Sequence record: MW879340.1
Strand: one strand, 5' to 3'
Length of the DNA stretch: 64,000 nt
Both the position numbers and the translations under genes were made by a program. This document shows positions 56,654 through 64,000 of this stretch, one piece after another (within the stretch, counting starts at the first letter, position 1; every line of letters starts with the position of its first letter). Below the pieces are notes generated by a model. It ran no database searches and had not been told where the DNA came from. It saw only the letters and a list, made by a program, of their open reading frames with translations.

Positions 56654-56953
56654 ATGACTATGTCTGAAGACAAAGAAGAACGTCTGGCGGCTATAGACCG
56701 CATGAAGATAAAAATGGCTGGGTTACAAACCGAAGCAAAGAACTGCTGGGATGAAGTCACCCGCGGTCAACACAGCATCTCTATTCAGCACGGCCACCCC
56801 AATCAGCTGAAGAAAATACAGGATCTTCAGGCGGTTATTGTCAAAGCCACGCAAGCAGACAATGAGGCTAAAGAGATCCAACGCTTTATCGACCGTGCCG
56901 TACAAACGTACGTGCGGGATTATCCACAGTTCGGAAGAGGAATCTTAAGATGA
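56654..56953 (+). CDS. Small coiled-coil protein
   Basis: 99 aa, helical. Confidence 0.65.
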   Translation: MTMSEDKEERLAAIDRMKIKMAGLQTEAKNCWDEVTRGQHSISIQHGHPNQLKKIQDLQAVIVKATQADNEAKEIQRFIDRAVQTYVRDYPQFGRGILR

Positions 56954-57363
56954 CACCACCGTTAGTGCTTTACCGTTGTGGTTGGCAGGCCGCTCAGAAC
57001 CCGGTGTATTACGCCATACATCACCCTCCTTCTCCAGGACTGCTGTCGTACTGGTTGACTGGTCAGGGCGATTCCTACGACACCTACGTTGGTATTGTGG
57101 CGTGCCCTGCGGGCAGTGACCCAATGGAAGTGGTTCGTCGTGATTTCCTCAATGTTGTTGATCGTAACATGACGACCCGCTACACCTATGGTGACGCAAT
57201 GAGTGATCGCTTCCCAATGGCGACGCTCGACTGGGCTGATCAACGACTGGCATACTTTGCAGCCACGGGGCAGATCTGGGATAAACCGATAGTCGGTCAT
57301 TATCAGATTGCGCCTGACGACACCTGGTGGTGCACAACCAACGTCGAGTTCTTCGACCTGTAA
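56950..57363 (+). CDS. Hypothetical protein
   Basis: ATGA overlap; GAGGA RBS. Confidence 0.65.
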   Translation: MTPPLVLYRCGWQAAQNPVYYAIHHPPSPGLLSYWLTGQGDSYDTYVGIVACPAGSDPMEVVRRDFLNVVDRNMTTRYTYGDAMSDRFPMATLDWADQRLAYFAATGQIWDKPIVGHYQIAPDDTWWCTTNVEFFDL

Positions 57364-57368
57364 TCTAC

Positions 57369-57399
57369 AAGGGCCATTTCGGTGGTCCTTTTATTTTTT
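57369..57399 (+). terminator. Rho-independent terminator
   Basis: aagggcca-tttcgg-tggtcctt plus a T tract. Confidence 0.7.
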
Positions 57400-57429
57400 G
57401 TTTCTTTTACGATGCAGATAATCTCAGAC

Positions 57430-57438
57430 CTATATTAG
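57430..57438 (+). promoter_or_regulatory. Early promoter motif variant CTATATTAG
   Basis: After the terminator; followed by catagtga. Confidence 0.55.
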
Positions 57439-57496
57439 CATAGTGAATAAGAGCAATGAACTTTGCCCTTTAACCCTTAACCGTTGGAGATTCACC

Positions 57497-57730
57497 ATGA
57501 ACACTACTCAAGTTTGCGTTGCCGGTATCGTTGCTGTTGTTGCCCTGGGTGTTGTTGCTGATATTAAAGCACGTTTCAAAAAGAAACCTGTTCCTCAGCC
57601 TAAACCTAACCTGACCGATGCACAAGTACACGAACTGGTAATGGGTCGTATCCGTAAAACTCATGCACCAGAAATGCACGAAGCCTTTGACATCATTGGT
57701 AAAGTATGCGGTAATTCAATCTATCGCTAA
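57497..57730 (+). CDS. Small N-terminally membrane-anchored protein
   Basis: Start moved to ATG 57497 after GGAG; VCVAGIVAVVALGVV followed by a KKK stop-transfer. Confidence 0.7.
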   Translation: MNTTQVCVAGIVAVVALGVVADIKARFKKKPVPQPKPNLTDAQVHELVMGRIRKTHAPEMHEAFDIIGKVCGNSIYR

Positions 57731-57739
57731 GGGGCTACC

Positions 57740-58021
57740 ATGCTTACAACTCAACAGTACAATGAACGTCGTATGATGATTGCTAACCTGGAAGCGGAGT
57801 TATCCAAACACTGCGAACGCACCCAAGCTGCTGCTCGTTTTGCTTGTAAACTTCAGAAGCAAGCAAACAGACAAAAGCCAGGTAGCGCCGAACATAAACT
57901 GTACGCATGGTTAGCATCTGAGGCTAACTGGGACAGTGAGTTGATGTACGACGAAACCGGCGATCTGGTCAGGCGCAATGAATACGCCAAAGACAAGTTA
58001 AAACAAGACATTAAGTCTTAA
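57740..58021 (+). CDS. Small helical protein
   Basis: AAGGGG RBS; 93 aa. Confidence 0.65.
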   Translation: MLTTQQYNERRMMIANLEAELSKHCERTQAAARFACKLQKQANRQKPGSAEHKLYAWLASEANWDSELMYDETGDLVRRNEYAKDKLKQDIKS

Positions 58022-58027
58022 CTCATC

Positions 58028-58055
58028 AGGAGGAACTTCGGTTCCTTCTTTTTTT
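58028..58055 (+). terminator. Rho-independent terminator
   Basis: aggaggaac-ttcg-gttccttct plus a T tract. Confidence 0.8.
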
Positions 58056-58087
58056 GTTTATTTAACGAGTCGCATTTAATTTCAAAT

Positions 58088-58096
58088 CTACATTAC
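58088..58096 (+). promoter_or_regulatory. Early promoter motif CTACATTAC
   Basis: After the terminator; upstream of 58150. Confidence 0.65.
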
Positions 58097-58149
58097 TAAG
58101 GCGATAAGCCGTATAAACTTTCTATCCATAACTCGTAAGGAAATATATC

Positions 58150-58539
58150 ATGGTCAATGACATTTCTATTCACGACCCGCTCCCTCCAGAACTGCGTATG
58201 GAGGCCGAGTACCTCGTATCGCAGATCATCTGCCCGATCACAAACGCCATAGAGATGTATACAGCGCGTTTTGATGGCGTGTTGGAGTCGTTGGCTATGT
58301 TGCTCATCTGTGAGCGTCACGCTGCCGTAGACGCGTTCCTGCACGTTTGTGATGAGCATGCGCTGTCCGGTGCTGCGGCGTACTTAATCCTGGATAAGAC
58401 TCGCCCCCGTAAAGAGTTCCTGTCCAACTGGGAGCGCTGTAACGAAAAGTGGCATCGCTTGTACGTGCAAAACATTCGTGCATGCCAAACTCTCGCAGAG
58501 ATGTTGGAAGTATCGCGCGCCCAAGGTCGGATACTGTAG
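58150..58539 (+). CDS. Hypothetical helical protein
   Basis: AAGGA RBS; 129 aa. Confidence 0.7.
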   Translation: MVNDISIHDPLPPELRMEAEYLVSQIICPITNAIEMYTARFDGVLESLAMLLICERHAAVDAFLHVCDEHALSGAAAYLILDKTRPRKEFLSNWERCNEKWHRLYVQNIRACQTLAEMLEVSRAQGRIL

Positions 58540-58547
58540 GAGGTAAC

Positions 58548-58796
58548 ATGTCTGAAGAAAAACGTACTGCACAAGGGGTGAGCGTCAAGTTCCCGACTGA
58601 ACCTAAAAACGACATGTTGTCGTACGATGAGTTCATTCAGTTGTTTGACCTGTCTGGGGATAAAAGCAAGTCAGTGTTCATTCATAACGCCATTCGTCAT
58701 TATGCTAGCGTTGTTCGTGATCGTATTGACCAGGAACAGCAAGACCTGGCTGAGCGCAGTAAAAAGATAAGCGAACTGTTTCCACCTAAACCTTAA
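58548..58796 (+). CDS. Possible ribbon-helix-helix DNA-binding protein
   Basis: Start moved to ATG 58548 after AGGAGG; GVSVKFP...KSKSVFIHNAIRHY then a coiled coil. Confidence 0.5.
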   Translation: MSEEKRTAQGVSVKFPTEPKNDMLSYDEFIQLFDLSGDKSKSVFIHNAIRHYASVVRDRIDQEQQDLAERSKKISELFPPKP

Positions 58797-58859
58797 CCCG
58801 TCTGTATGGTATAAGACAAACCTGCACTTATGCCGTTTCGATCTAATAAGAGAGATAAA

Positions 58860-59630
58860 ATGAATCAGCCAGCAAGAACGCTAAAAGTTAATCTTGATGT
58901 GACTGACCCTAATAAGGTTAACATCTATCGTCGTAACCGTTTCTATGAAATCCTGGAAGAGTTCCTGCCACGAGAGTTCATCGATAAAGCTCTGGCCGAA
59001 TACGCCAAGAACGACGCTGCGCATCTGGAAGATCACGCCATCATTGTCGTCACCAACGCTGACATCATCATGGATCGCTTCCCTGAACTGCGTGAAGATC
59101 GTCGTGTCATTCTGACCGGTGCTTTACTGCACGATGTGAAGTGTCATGTTAACCGCGATAAACATCACATCCTGGGTGCGTTAGCCGTTTACCGCGAATA
59201 CATCCGCAGCAACATGATCACGCGTTCGACGTTCTTCCAGGAAGAGATTACGCGCATTGAGGAGTGTGTACTGGAACACCGTGCGTCGTGGAAACACAAA
59301 CGCAGCCATGATGCTTCTGAATGCGTGGCCGCAGCTGACCGGGGTAAACCTGATCTGTTTGGTTACATGCGTCGTGCGGTGCGTTTCCGTTATGCCCACC
59401 TGCCAGAAGGCGCTGAAGTCACCGATCAGATCAAGCGTCAGATCATTGCCGAATCCATTGTGCACATGCGTGAGAAATTCGGTGAGTCGGGGTATGCCTG
59501 GGAAACCATGCCGAAGTACACCCTGCTGATGTACGAAGATGACATTGCTGAAATGAAAGCAGCGGTGATGTCATCTAACAGCGGTCTGCACGCAACAGCC
59601 TTTGAGCTGTTTGACGGTTGGGTCGTTTAA
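58860..59630 (+). CDS. HD-domain metal-dependent phosphohydrolase
   Basis: EDHAIIV, ALLHDVKCH, DKHHILGA, VLEH and AAAD motifs; start likely Met 58860. Confidence 0.8.
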   Translation: MNQPARTLKVNLDVTDPNKVNIYRRNRFYEILEEFLPREFIDKALAEYAKNDAAHLEDHAIIVVTNADIIMDRFPELREDRRVILTGALLHDVKCHVNRDKHHILGALAVYREYIRSNMITRSTFFQEEITRIEECVLEHRASWKHKRSHDASECVAAADRGKPDLFGYMRRAVRFRYAHLPEGAEVTDQIKRQIIAESIVHMREKFGESGYAWETMPKYTLLMYEDDIAEMKAAVMSSNSGLHATAFELFDGWVV

Positions 59631-59638
59631 CCTTTAAT

Positions 59639-59662
59639 GCCGGGGTAACACCCGGCGCTTTA
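59639..59662 (+). terminator. Hairpin terminator candidate
   Basis: gccgggg-taaca-ccccggc; loop similar to the 38771 hairpin. Confidence 0.6.
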
Positions 59663-59690
59663 TTACCTTTACCCGTAAGAGGAACCTACC

Positions 59691-60170
59691 ATGTCTACTA
59701 TGTCTCTCGTGCCTGCTGAATCACCATTCCGTGCCAAGTTCAAACATCCTGAGCTGTTAGCTCCAAAGCGTGTAATTGTTCCTGTTAAAGAAGAACTGTT
59801 CGCGCTGAAGCTGGAACGTCAACCGGTTAAGGTCAACAGCGCGTCATATACAGCAGAACGTTTGGTGGCGTTGCTGAACAAACTGGAATCCCGTAACGAA
59901 GTCATCAAGTCGGTGGAAATCGCTGACTGGGTGCTGGGCTGTCGTATGCAGGACGATGTTATCGGTATCCTGGCCAAAGGTAACAAGCCGGTAGATCTGG
60001 CTCACTACGTTTGGTATGGCCGTGCCGATATCTGGCAGCACGCATTGAACCTGGATGACCTGGTTCAGCTGTTACAGCGCAAGTATGGTCATGCGTTGAA
60101 AACACCTTACCTGTCTGAGAAGTGTCTGCAACTCGAACTGAATGTTCGGATTGTCATGCTCGATCGCTGA
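59691..60170 (+). CDS. Hypothetical protein
   Basis: GAGGA RBS; 159 aa. Confidence 0.7.
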   Translation: MSTMSLVPAESPFRAKFKHPELLAPKRVIVPVKEELFALKLERQPVKVNSASYTAERLVALLNKLESRNEVIKSVEIADWVLGCRMQDDVIGILAKGNKPVDLAHYVWYGRADIWQHALNLDDLVQLLQRKYGHALKTPYLSEKCLQLELNVRIVMLDR

Positions 60171-60185
60171 TATGTATTTTCATAC

Positions 60186-60251
60186 ATCTCTGTCTCTTAG
60201 TATAGAAGCCATTATTGGTTTTTAGCGAGCTAACGCTAACGAGACAGAGAT
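60186..60251. repeat. 11-bp perfect inverted repeat enclosing two hairpins
   Basis: atctctgtctc (60186-60196) / gagacagagat (60241-60251); inner aagcca-ttat-tggttt and ttagcg-agctaa-cgctaa. Confidence 0.75.
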
Positions 60252-60284
60252 TATGATGATCTATATTTAAAGAGAATATTAACC

Positions 60285-60830
60285 ATGATCAGTTTATATA
60301 TACTCATTGCATTACTAACCATCAGTTTAGTAGCTATTGTTGCTATTCATGTTGGTTACGTCAAGCGAGTGCATCGTCGTTTCACCAACATCAACTTAGC
60401 ATACCTGCTGTCGATGTATTATACGGCTATGCGCAGTATCGCCATGGATGAGGTGCCCAGTCAATCGATTGCGGCGGGATCACAAACTGAAGAGCCGTTG
60501 GTTATCAACACCATTGCACAGGCGGTGACCGACTACCTGCAAATCTGGCATTGGGCTCTGTCGTATATGTTCACGGCATCTCGTTTACCGGTGATGAAAA
60601 TCAACATGTCAGTCAGCCATCAAACCACTTATTTAGATGACCTGGGCAACCAGGTCGCTTATGCCTTTCAAGTGACAATACATGCCGCTGACCATGTGCA
60701 AACGTTCCCCCTGATTGTCTCAAACAAAGACGTTAGTCAGGTAGTAGGTAAGATGACGTACCACGCAGACAAGCTCGAACAGCTCGTCAATAAGTTTATG
60801 CGTCCAGATCAAGGAGGTGTCGCCGCATGA
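60285..60830 (+). CDS. N-terminal TMD protein, tandem array member 1
   Basis: MISLYILIALLTISLVAIVAIH then a soluble domain. Confidence 0.7.
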   Translation: MISLYILIALLTISLVAIVAIHVGYVKRVHRRFTNINLAYLLSMYYTAMRSIAMDEVPSQSIAAGSQTEEPLVINTIAQAVTDYLQIWHWALSYMFTASRLPVMKINMSVSHQTTYLDDLGNQVAYAFQVTIHAADHVQTFPLIVSNKDVSQVVGKMTYHADKLEQLVNKFMRPDQGGVAA

Positions 60831-61318
60831 TAATTGTTTATATACTCATAGGCGCAGTGCTGGGTTCGCTCGGCACTGTTGTCTATCTTAACCACCAACG
60901 TGAAGCGCGCTTAAGCCGGGACATGGAAACCGCTCCACAGGCTTATGCCGACTTCTATCGTCAAATCCTTGAGAAGTTCAGCAATCCCTCAATTCCAAGA
61001 CTTCGTCAAACGTCTACGTTATCCCATGACCAGAAAGACCTGTTGCAGGTGTTGAATGAATCCAGCGGCATCGTGGCTGATGTGCGCTCGATGGTTAGAG
61101 TGCCTAAACATCTCTTACCTAATTTTTTGATTGATACTGAGAACACTGAGTTCGATCGCAACGGGTGCGTGGAATTGTGGGTGCATATATCTGACGATGT
61201 ATCTGAAGTGTACTATTTATCATCCACGAATCTTAGCATACTGACTGATGTGCTGAACAGAGCCAATATGACGTTTGAACGTCAGCTGATGATCATCGCC
61301 AAAGGGAGCGAGCAATAA
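60827..61318 (+). CDS. N-terminal TMD protein, tandem array member 2
   Basis: MIIVYILIGAVLGSLGTVVYL; ATGA overlap; GGAGG RBS. Confidence 0.7.
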   Translation: MIIVYILIGAVLGSLGTVVYLNHQREARLSRDMETAPQAYADFYRQILEKFSNPSIPRLRQTSTLSHDQKDLLQVLNESSGIVADVRSMVRVPKHLLPNFLIDTENTEFDRNGCVELWVHISDDVSEVYYLSSTNLSILTDVLNRANMTFERQLMIIAKGSEQ

Positions 61319-61824
61319 TGAGTAACAAAGACATCATTACCGTGGTATTAGTTGTGGGCTTGGTCGCAGCAATTGCGTATGCGCTGTATCGCGGCTACAA
61401 GTCATCTAAAACCACACCCGGTGACCAGCAGGTTCAAGTAGTGCATTCGTTCTTCAATGAATCCCTGCACGACTTACTGGCTTCGGTGTCACGTAAGATC
61501 GAAGATCACTTTGAAACCGAATACGGTGATGGTGACTATCTGTTCGAAGAACAGTACATTCGCCACACGGCTATCGTGACGGACTTCAGCGGCTGGGCAA
61601 GTAATCACTTTGGTTACTGCGGGTATCCGCACCACATCACCTCGGTAAACCTGGCCGAAGCAGGGCAGTTCATGATGGCGCGCCTTATTCGTGTTTCCAC
61701 CGGTCCCGCTGAGCACAAAGAGTACATCGTGCCGTTTGATAACCTGGCGTATTTGGTTGATCGTCTGACGGACATGAACACTTACAACGAACAACTGGTA
61801 CGTATGTTTAAGGATACCGAATAA
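61318..61824 (+). CDS. N-terminal TMD protein, tandem array member 3
   Basis: IITVVLVVGLVAAIAYALY; TAATG coupling. Confidence 0.7.
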   Translation: MSNKDIITVVLVVGLVAAIAYALYRGYKSSKTTPGDQQVQVVHSFFNESLHDLLASVSRKIEDHFETEYGDGDYLFEEQYIRHTAIVTDFSGWASNHFGYCGYPHHITSVNLAEAGQFMMARLIRVSTGPAEHKEYIVPFDNLAYLVDRLTDMNTYNEQLVRMFKDTE

Positions 61825-62240
61825 TGGATTCCATGTCATGGTTCAATCTGGTGATGTGTCTTCTGGTTGTTATTGTGCCCGTGAGTATTGGGATGTGGCT
61901 TTGTGGCGATCATGATAACCGTAAGTACCTGAGCCGTTACATCAACGGGGCTAACTCGGCAATATCCAGATTTGGGCATTCGCTTGAGATACCACTGACC
62001 AATATCTCACCGCCATCAAATAAAGAACAAATGGGTTTCATGTATGCCATTGATGGTTTCACGTCGGACGGTGACGCTATTCTTAGTTACCACAATGTCG
62101 ATGGCGATTACATCGAACATCGTTGTGTAGAGGCGCGTAATATCGAGTCAACCATTGAGATGCTGAAGTTCGGTATTGACGCTCACGGCAGAATCATTTT
62201 CAATCACGGTTGGGCGCGGCGTCTATTCGAACGAGAGTAA
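61824..62240 (+). CDS. N-terminal TMD protein, tandem array member 4
   Basis: WFNLVMCLLVVIVPVSIGMWL; TAATG coupling. Confidence 0.7.
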   Translation: MDSMSWFNLVMCLLVVIVPVSIGMWLCGDHDNRKYLSRYINGANSAISRFGHSLEIPLTNISPPSNKEQMGFMYAIDGFTSDGDAILSYHNVDGDYIEHRCVEARNIESTIEMLKFGIDAHGRIIFNHGWARRLFERE

Positions 62241-62298
62241 AACCGAACATCTTTGCACCATTATTTGAGCTTTAACTATAACCAAAAAGGGAACTGTA

Positions 62299-62568
62299 AT
62301 GTCTGTTAGTAAGCGTAAAGTGGGAAGTCGTTTCTTGAAGCTGGTAGCCCTGGCCTTCGTTGTTTATGTCATCGGTATGTTCTTCTTCCTTAACGGAATA
62401 GACTCACCGAGCAAGCTGGATGGGTTCCAGAAAACCAGCGTTGATAACACCCCCATCTTTAACCTTACCGAACCGCACACGCAGTGCCAATACGTGTACG
62501 ACTCAGTAAACAAAACCGTGAAGCAGGCCAAAGGGTCTGAACACTGTGAATTACCATCATTCAATTAA
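62299..62568 (+). CDS. Small membrane-anchored/exported protein
   Basis: Basic N-terminus, TMD, two Cys in the C-terminal part. Confidence 0.65.
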   Translation: MSVSKRKVGSRFLKLVALAFVVYVIGMFFFLNGIDSPSKLDGFQKTSVDNTPIFNLTEPHTQCQYVYDSVNKTVKQAKGSEHCELPSFN

Positions 62569-62590
62569 CTTAACTCGTAGGGAACAAAAA

Positions 62591-63064
62591 ATGAAAAAGA
62601 TCATGACGGCTGAAGAATGGGTAGTCTGGTTAGAAAAACAGATGGTGGAAAACACCGAATGTGGGATGGAGTGGACGCCAGGTCATTTGGTTGCCAACAT
62701 CTTTGATATCACCACGTACGACGATGCCGCGGACCGTGTGTTCGCTGAGCACATCGTTGAAGTACTTACAGCGATTGCGACAAGAACCACGTTTGAGTAC
62801 CAGGCGCAATCCACTGAACATTATTATCGTTTCTTGACGGTAATCAATTTCAAGAACATCTACCCGATGCTGGAGTGGGGTACATCTATTCGTGGCTGTT
62901 GGTTTAACTTAGGGTTTGGTAAGAAGTTTGACCCTGTTGATTATCTGACTCGTTTCCAGGATCAAGTATACCCGGTCATTGAATCTCAGGAAGAGATGGC
63001 TGAGTTTGTCAAAGCACTTCGCACGTACCTCGACACCCACCCAGAAACAGAAGACAAGGAATAA
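62591..63064 (+). CDS. Hypothetical protein
   Basis: Start moved to ATG 62591 after AGGGA. Confidence 0.7.
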   Translation: MKKIMTAEEWVVWLEKQMVENTECGMEWTPGHLVANIFDITTYDDAADRVFAEHIVEVLTAIATRTTFEYQAQSTEHYYRFLTVINFKNIYPMLEWGTSIRGCWFNLGFGKKFDPVDYLTRFQDQVYPVIESQEEMAEFVKALRTYLDTHPETEDKE

Positions 63065-63069
63065 CCCGT

Positions 63070-63678
63070 ATGAAAACTATTGCTGACCTGTCTATCAAAC
63101 AACTGAACTCCCTTGCCCATATTGCGATGCTCCGTTTGGACCGTCGCGTGGTGTTTATGGCCGACTCACCAAAAGAAGTCTTTAAAGAAGCGCTTAAAGA
63201 CACGTTATCAGCGTATGAAATGCGTGTACTATTGAAGCTGTTGCCTAACCTCAACATTGGTCAAGTGCCGCTTATCAATGAGCGTGATGAACCGGGTGTT
63301 GCGTTAGTGAAAGCGACCTGGATCGGTATCAATACGTTCGGTCTGGATCGTTTCTTTGCCGGTAGTACACCTAACGGCTACGGTAAGTATAAAAATGAAT
63401 ACATTATCGATTCGCTGGTCCCGATTAATCTGGAAGGGAATTTCAACCATCGTGGCGTGGAAGCTAAGCTGGCCGTAGATTTATACGTCGGTCTGCTGGA
63501 ACGTTTCTATTCACTGGAGTTTCGTGCAACACGTCCGTGCAACGATAACATCTTAAGCAGCACCCGATCTAACATCGGTAACTATTGGGATAACATTGCT
63601 GTTAGGCGTCATCTCGGTAAAGACGTGTCCAAATGGGCCGCGCACGTTGAAAAGCATACAGGTGGTAAACGTGGCTAA
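63070..63678 (+). CDS. Hypothetical protein
   Basis: AAGGA RBS; 202 aa. Confidence 0.7.
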   Translation: MKTIADLSIKQLNSLAHIAMLRLDRRVVFMADSPKEVFKEALKDTLSAYEMRVLLKLLPNLNIGQVPLINERDEPGVALVKATWIGINTFGLDRFFAGSTPNGYGKYKNEYIIDSLVPINLEGNFNHRGVEAKLAVDLYVGLLERFYSLEFRATRPCNDNILSSTRSNIGNYWDNIAVRRHLGKDVSKWAAHVEKHTGGKRG

Positions 63679-64000
63679 ACCAAAGATGCGCGGTAAGTCA
63701 ATCGATGTGGAAGTCAGTGGTGTAATTTATACATTCAACCCCATTGATGGCACCTTCGCTGATATCGAACCTAACAAGCTGATCATCATTGCGTTGGATC
63801 TGAAACGCAATTGTTTCACAGACATCTGGGTGTGTGATGCTGAAACAGATTACGAGCTTCAGGGTCACATGGAAGCTATCCTGGTCAGCGATCGGCATAA
63901 GTGGTTCGATAAGAGTCATGCGATGACCCGCTTAACAGCATGCGATGCTAATTCGTACTCCTTCACAGGACCGAATAAGAAAACCATTAACATGGTACGT
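63671..64000 (+). CDS. Partial hypothetical protein running off the window end
   Basis: GTG start overlapping the previous stop; open for 110 codons (VAKPKMRGKSIDVEVSGVIYTF...). Confidence 0.6.
   Translation, partial: MAKPKMRGKSIDVEVSGVIYTFNPIDGTFADIEPNKLIIIALDLKRNCFTDIWVCDAETDYELQGHMEAILVSDRHKWFDKSHAMTRLTACDANSYSFTGPNKKTINMVR

Noticed and set aside
36966-59630. A DNA hypermodification pathway (QueC + HD + HAD + ThyA)
   Set aside because: No folE, queD, dpdA or purZ seen; ThyA retains the dUMP-specific Asn; the genes are scattered over different operons.
1345-62821. Numerous 60-240-aa antisense or nested ORFs in the track (e.g. 1766-2482, 20271-20942, 22830-23378, 33119-33802, 43248-43835)
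   Set aside because: They lie opposite or inside well-supported genes and lack RBSs and recognisable motifs, consistent with codon-bias shadows.
63698-63919. 73-aa - strand ORF at the window end
   Set aside because: A + strand frame from GTG 63671 is open to the window end and continues the operon.
1-64000. Genome-wide stop-codon reassignment
   Set aside because: Long genes read through cleanly in code 11 and end with TAA, TGA or TAG; only one isolated in-frame TGA was found.
1-64000. tRNA, rRNA, CRISPR array, integrase, transposase, chimallin or PhuZ
   Set aside because: None recognised by reading; a tRNAscan/CRISPR/HMM run would be needed to exclude divergent copies.

Overview
This window is 64 kb of a phiKZ-like (nucleus-forming, Chimalliviridae-type) jumbo phage genome of roughly balanced GC. 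The family assignment is inferred from protein families and gene order; chimallin itself is not in the window, and all homology calls are by eye, with no searches run. The left ~29 kb is the conserved core/late block: a non-virion RNA polymerase beta-type subunit, a Gln-rich protein, a probable portal with a long acidic repeat tail, baseplate/tail paralogues, RuvC, a holin-like gene converging on overlapped spanins, four modular tail-fibre-like paralogues and a spike with an HxH tip. SbcC follows. The right ~32 kb is a + strand accessory region of short operons, many bounded by a CTAYATTAC early-promoter motif and GC-rich hairpins. It encodes a signal-peptide lytic transglycosylase, a degenerate QueC-like ATPase, a HAD nucleotidase, a DEDD exonuclease, ThyA, a PnuC-like transporter, an HD hydrolase and a tandem array of membrane-anchored proteins. 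The most notable items not explained by the ORF track are: (i) a ~175-nt highly structured candidate ncRNA at 50384-50556; (ii) a TTATGC(C/T)G motif flanking intergenic hairpins; (iii) a gene interrupted by an in-frame TGA at 43008; (iv) a missed AlpA-like HTH gene; and (v) a multibranched inverted-repeat element at 60186-60251. No tRNA, rRNA, CRISPR array, integrase or transposase was recognised.
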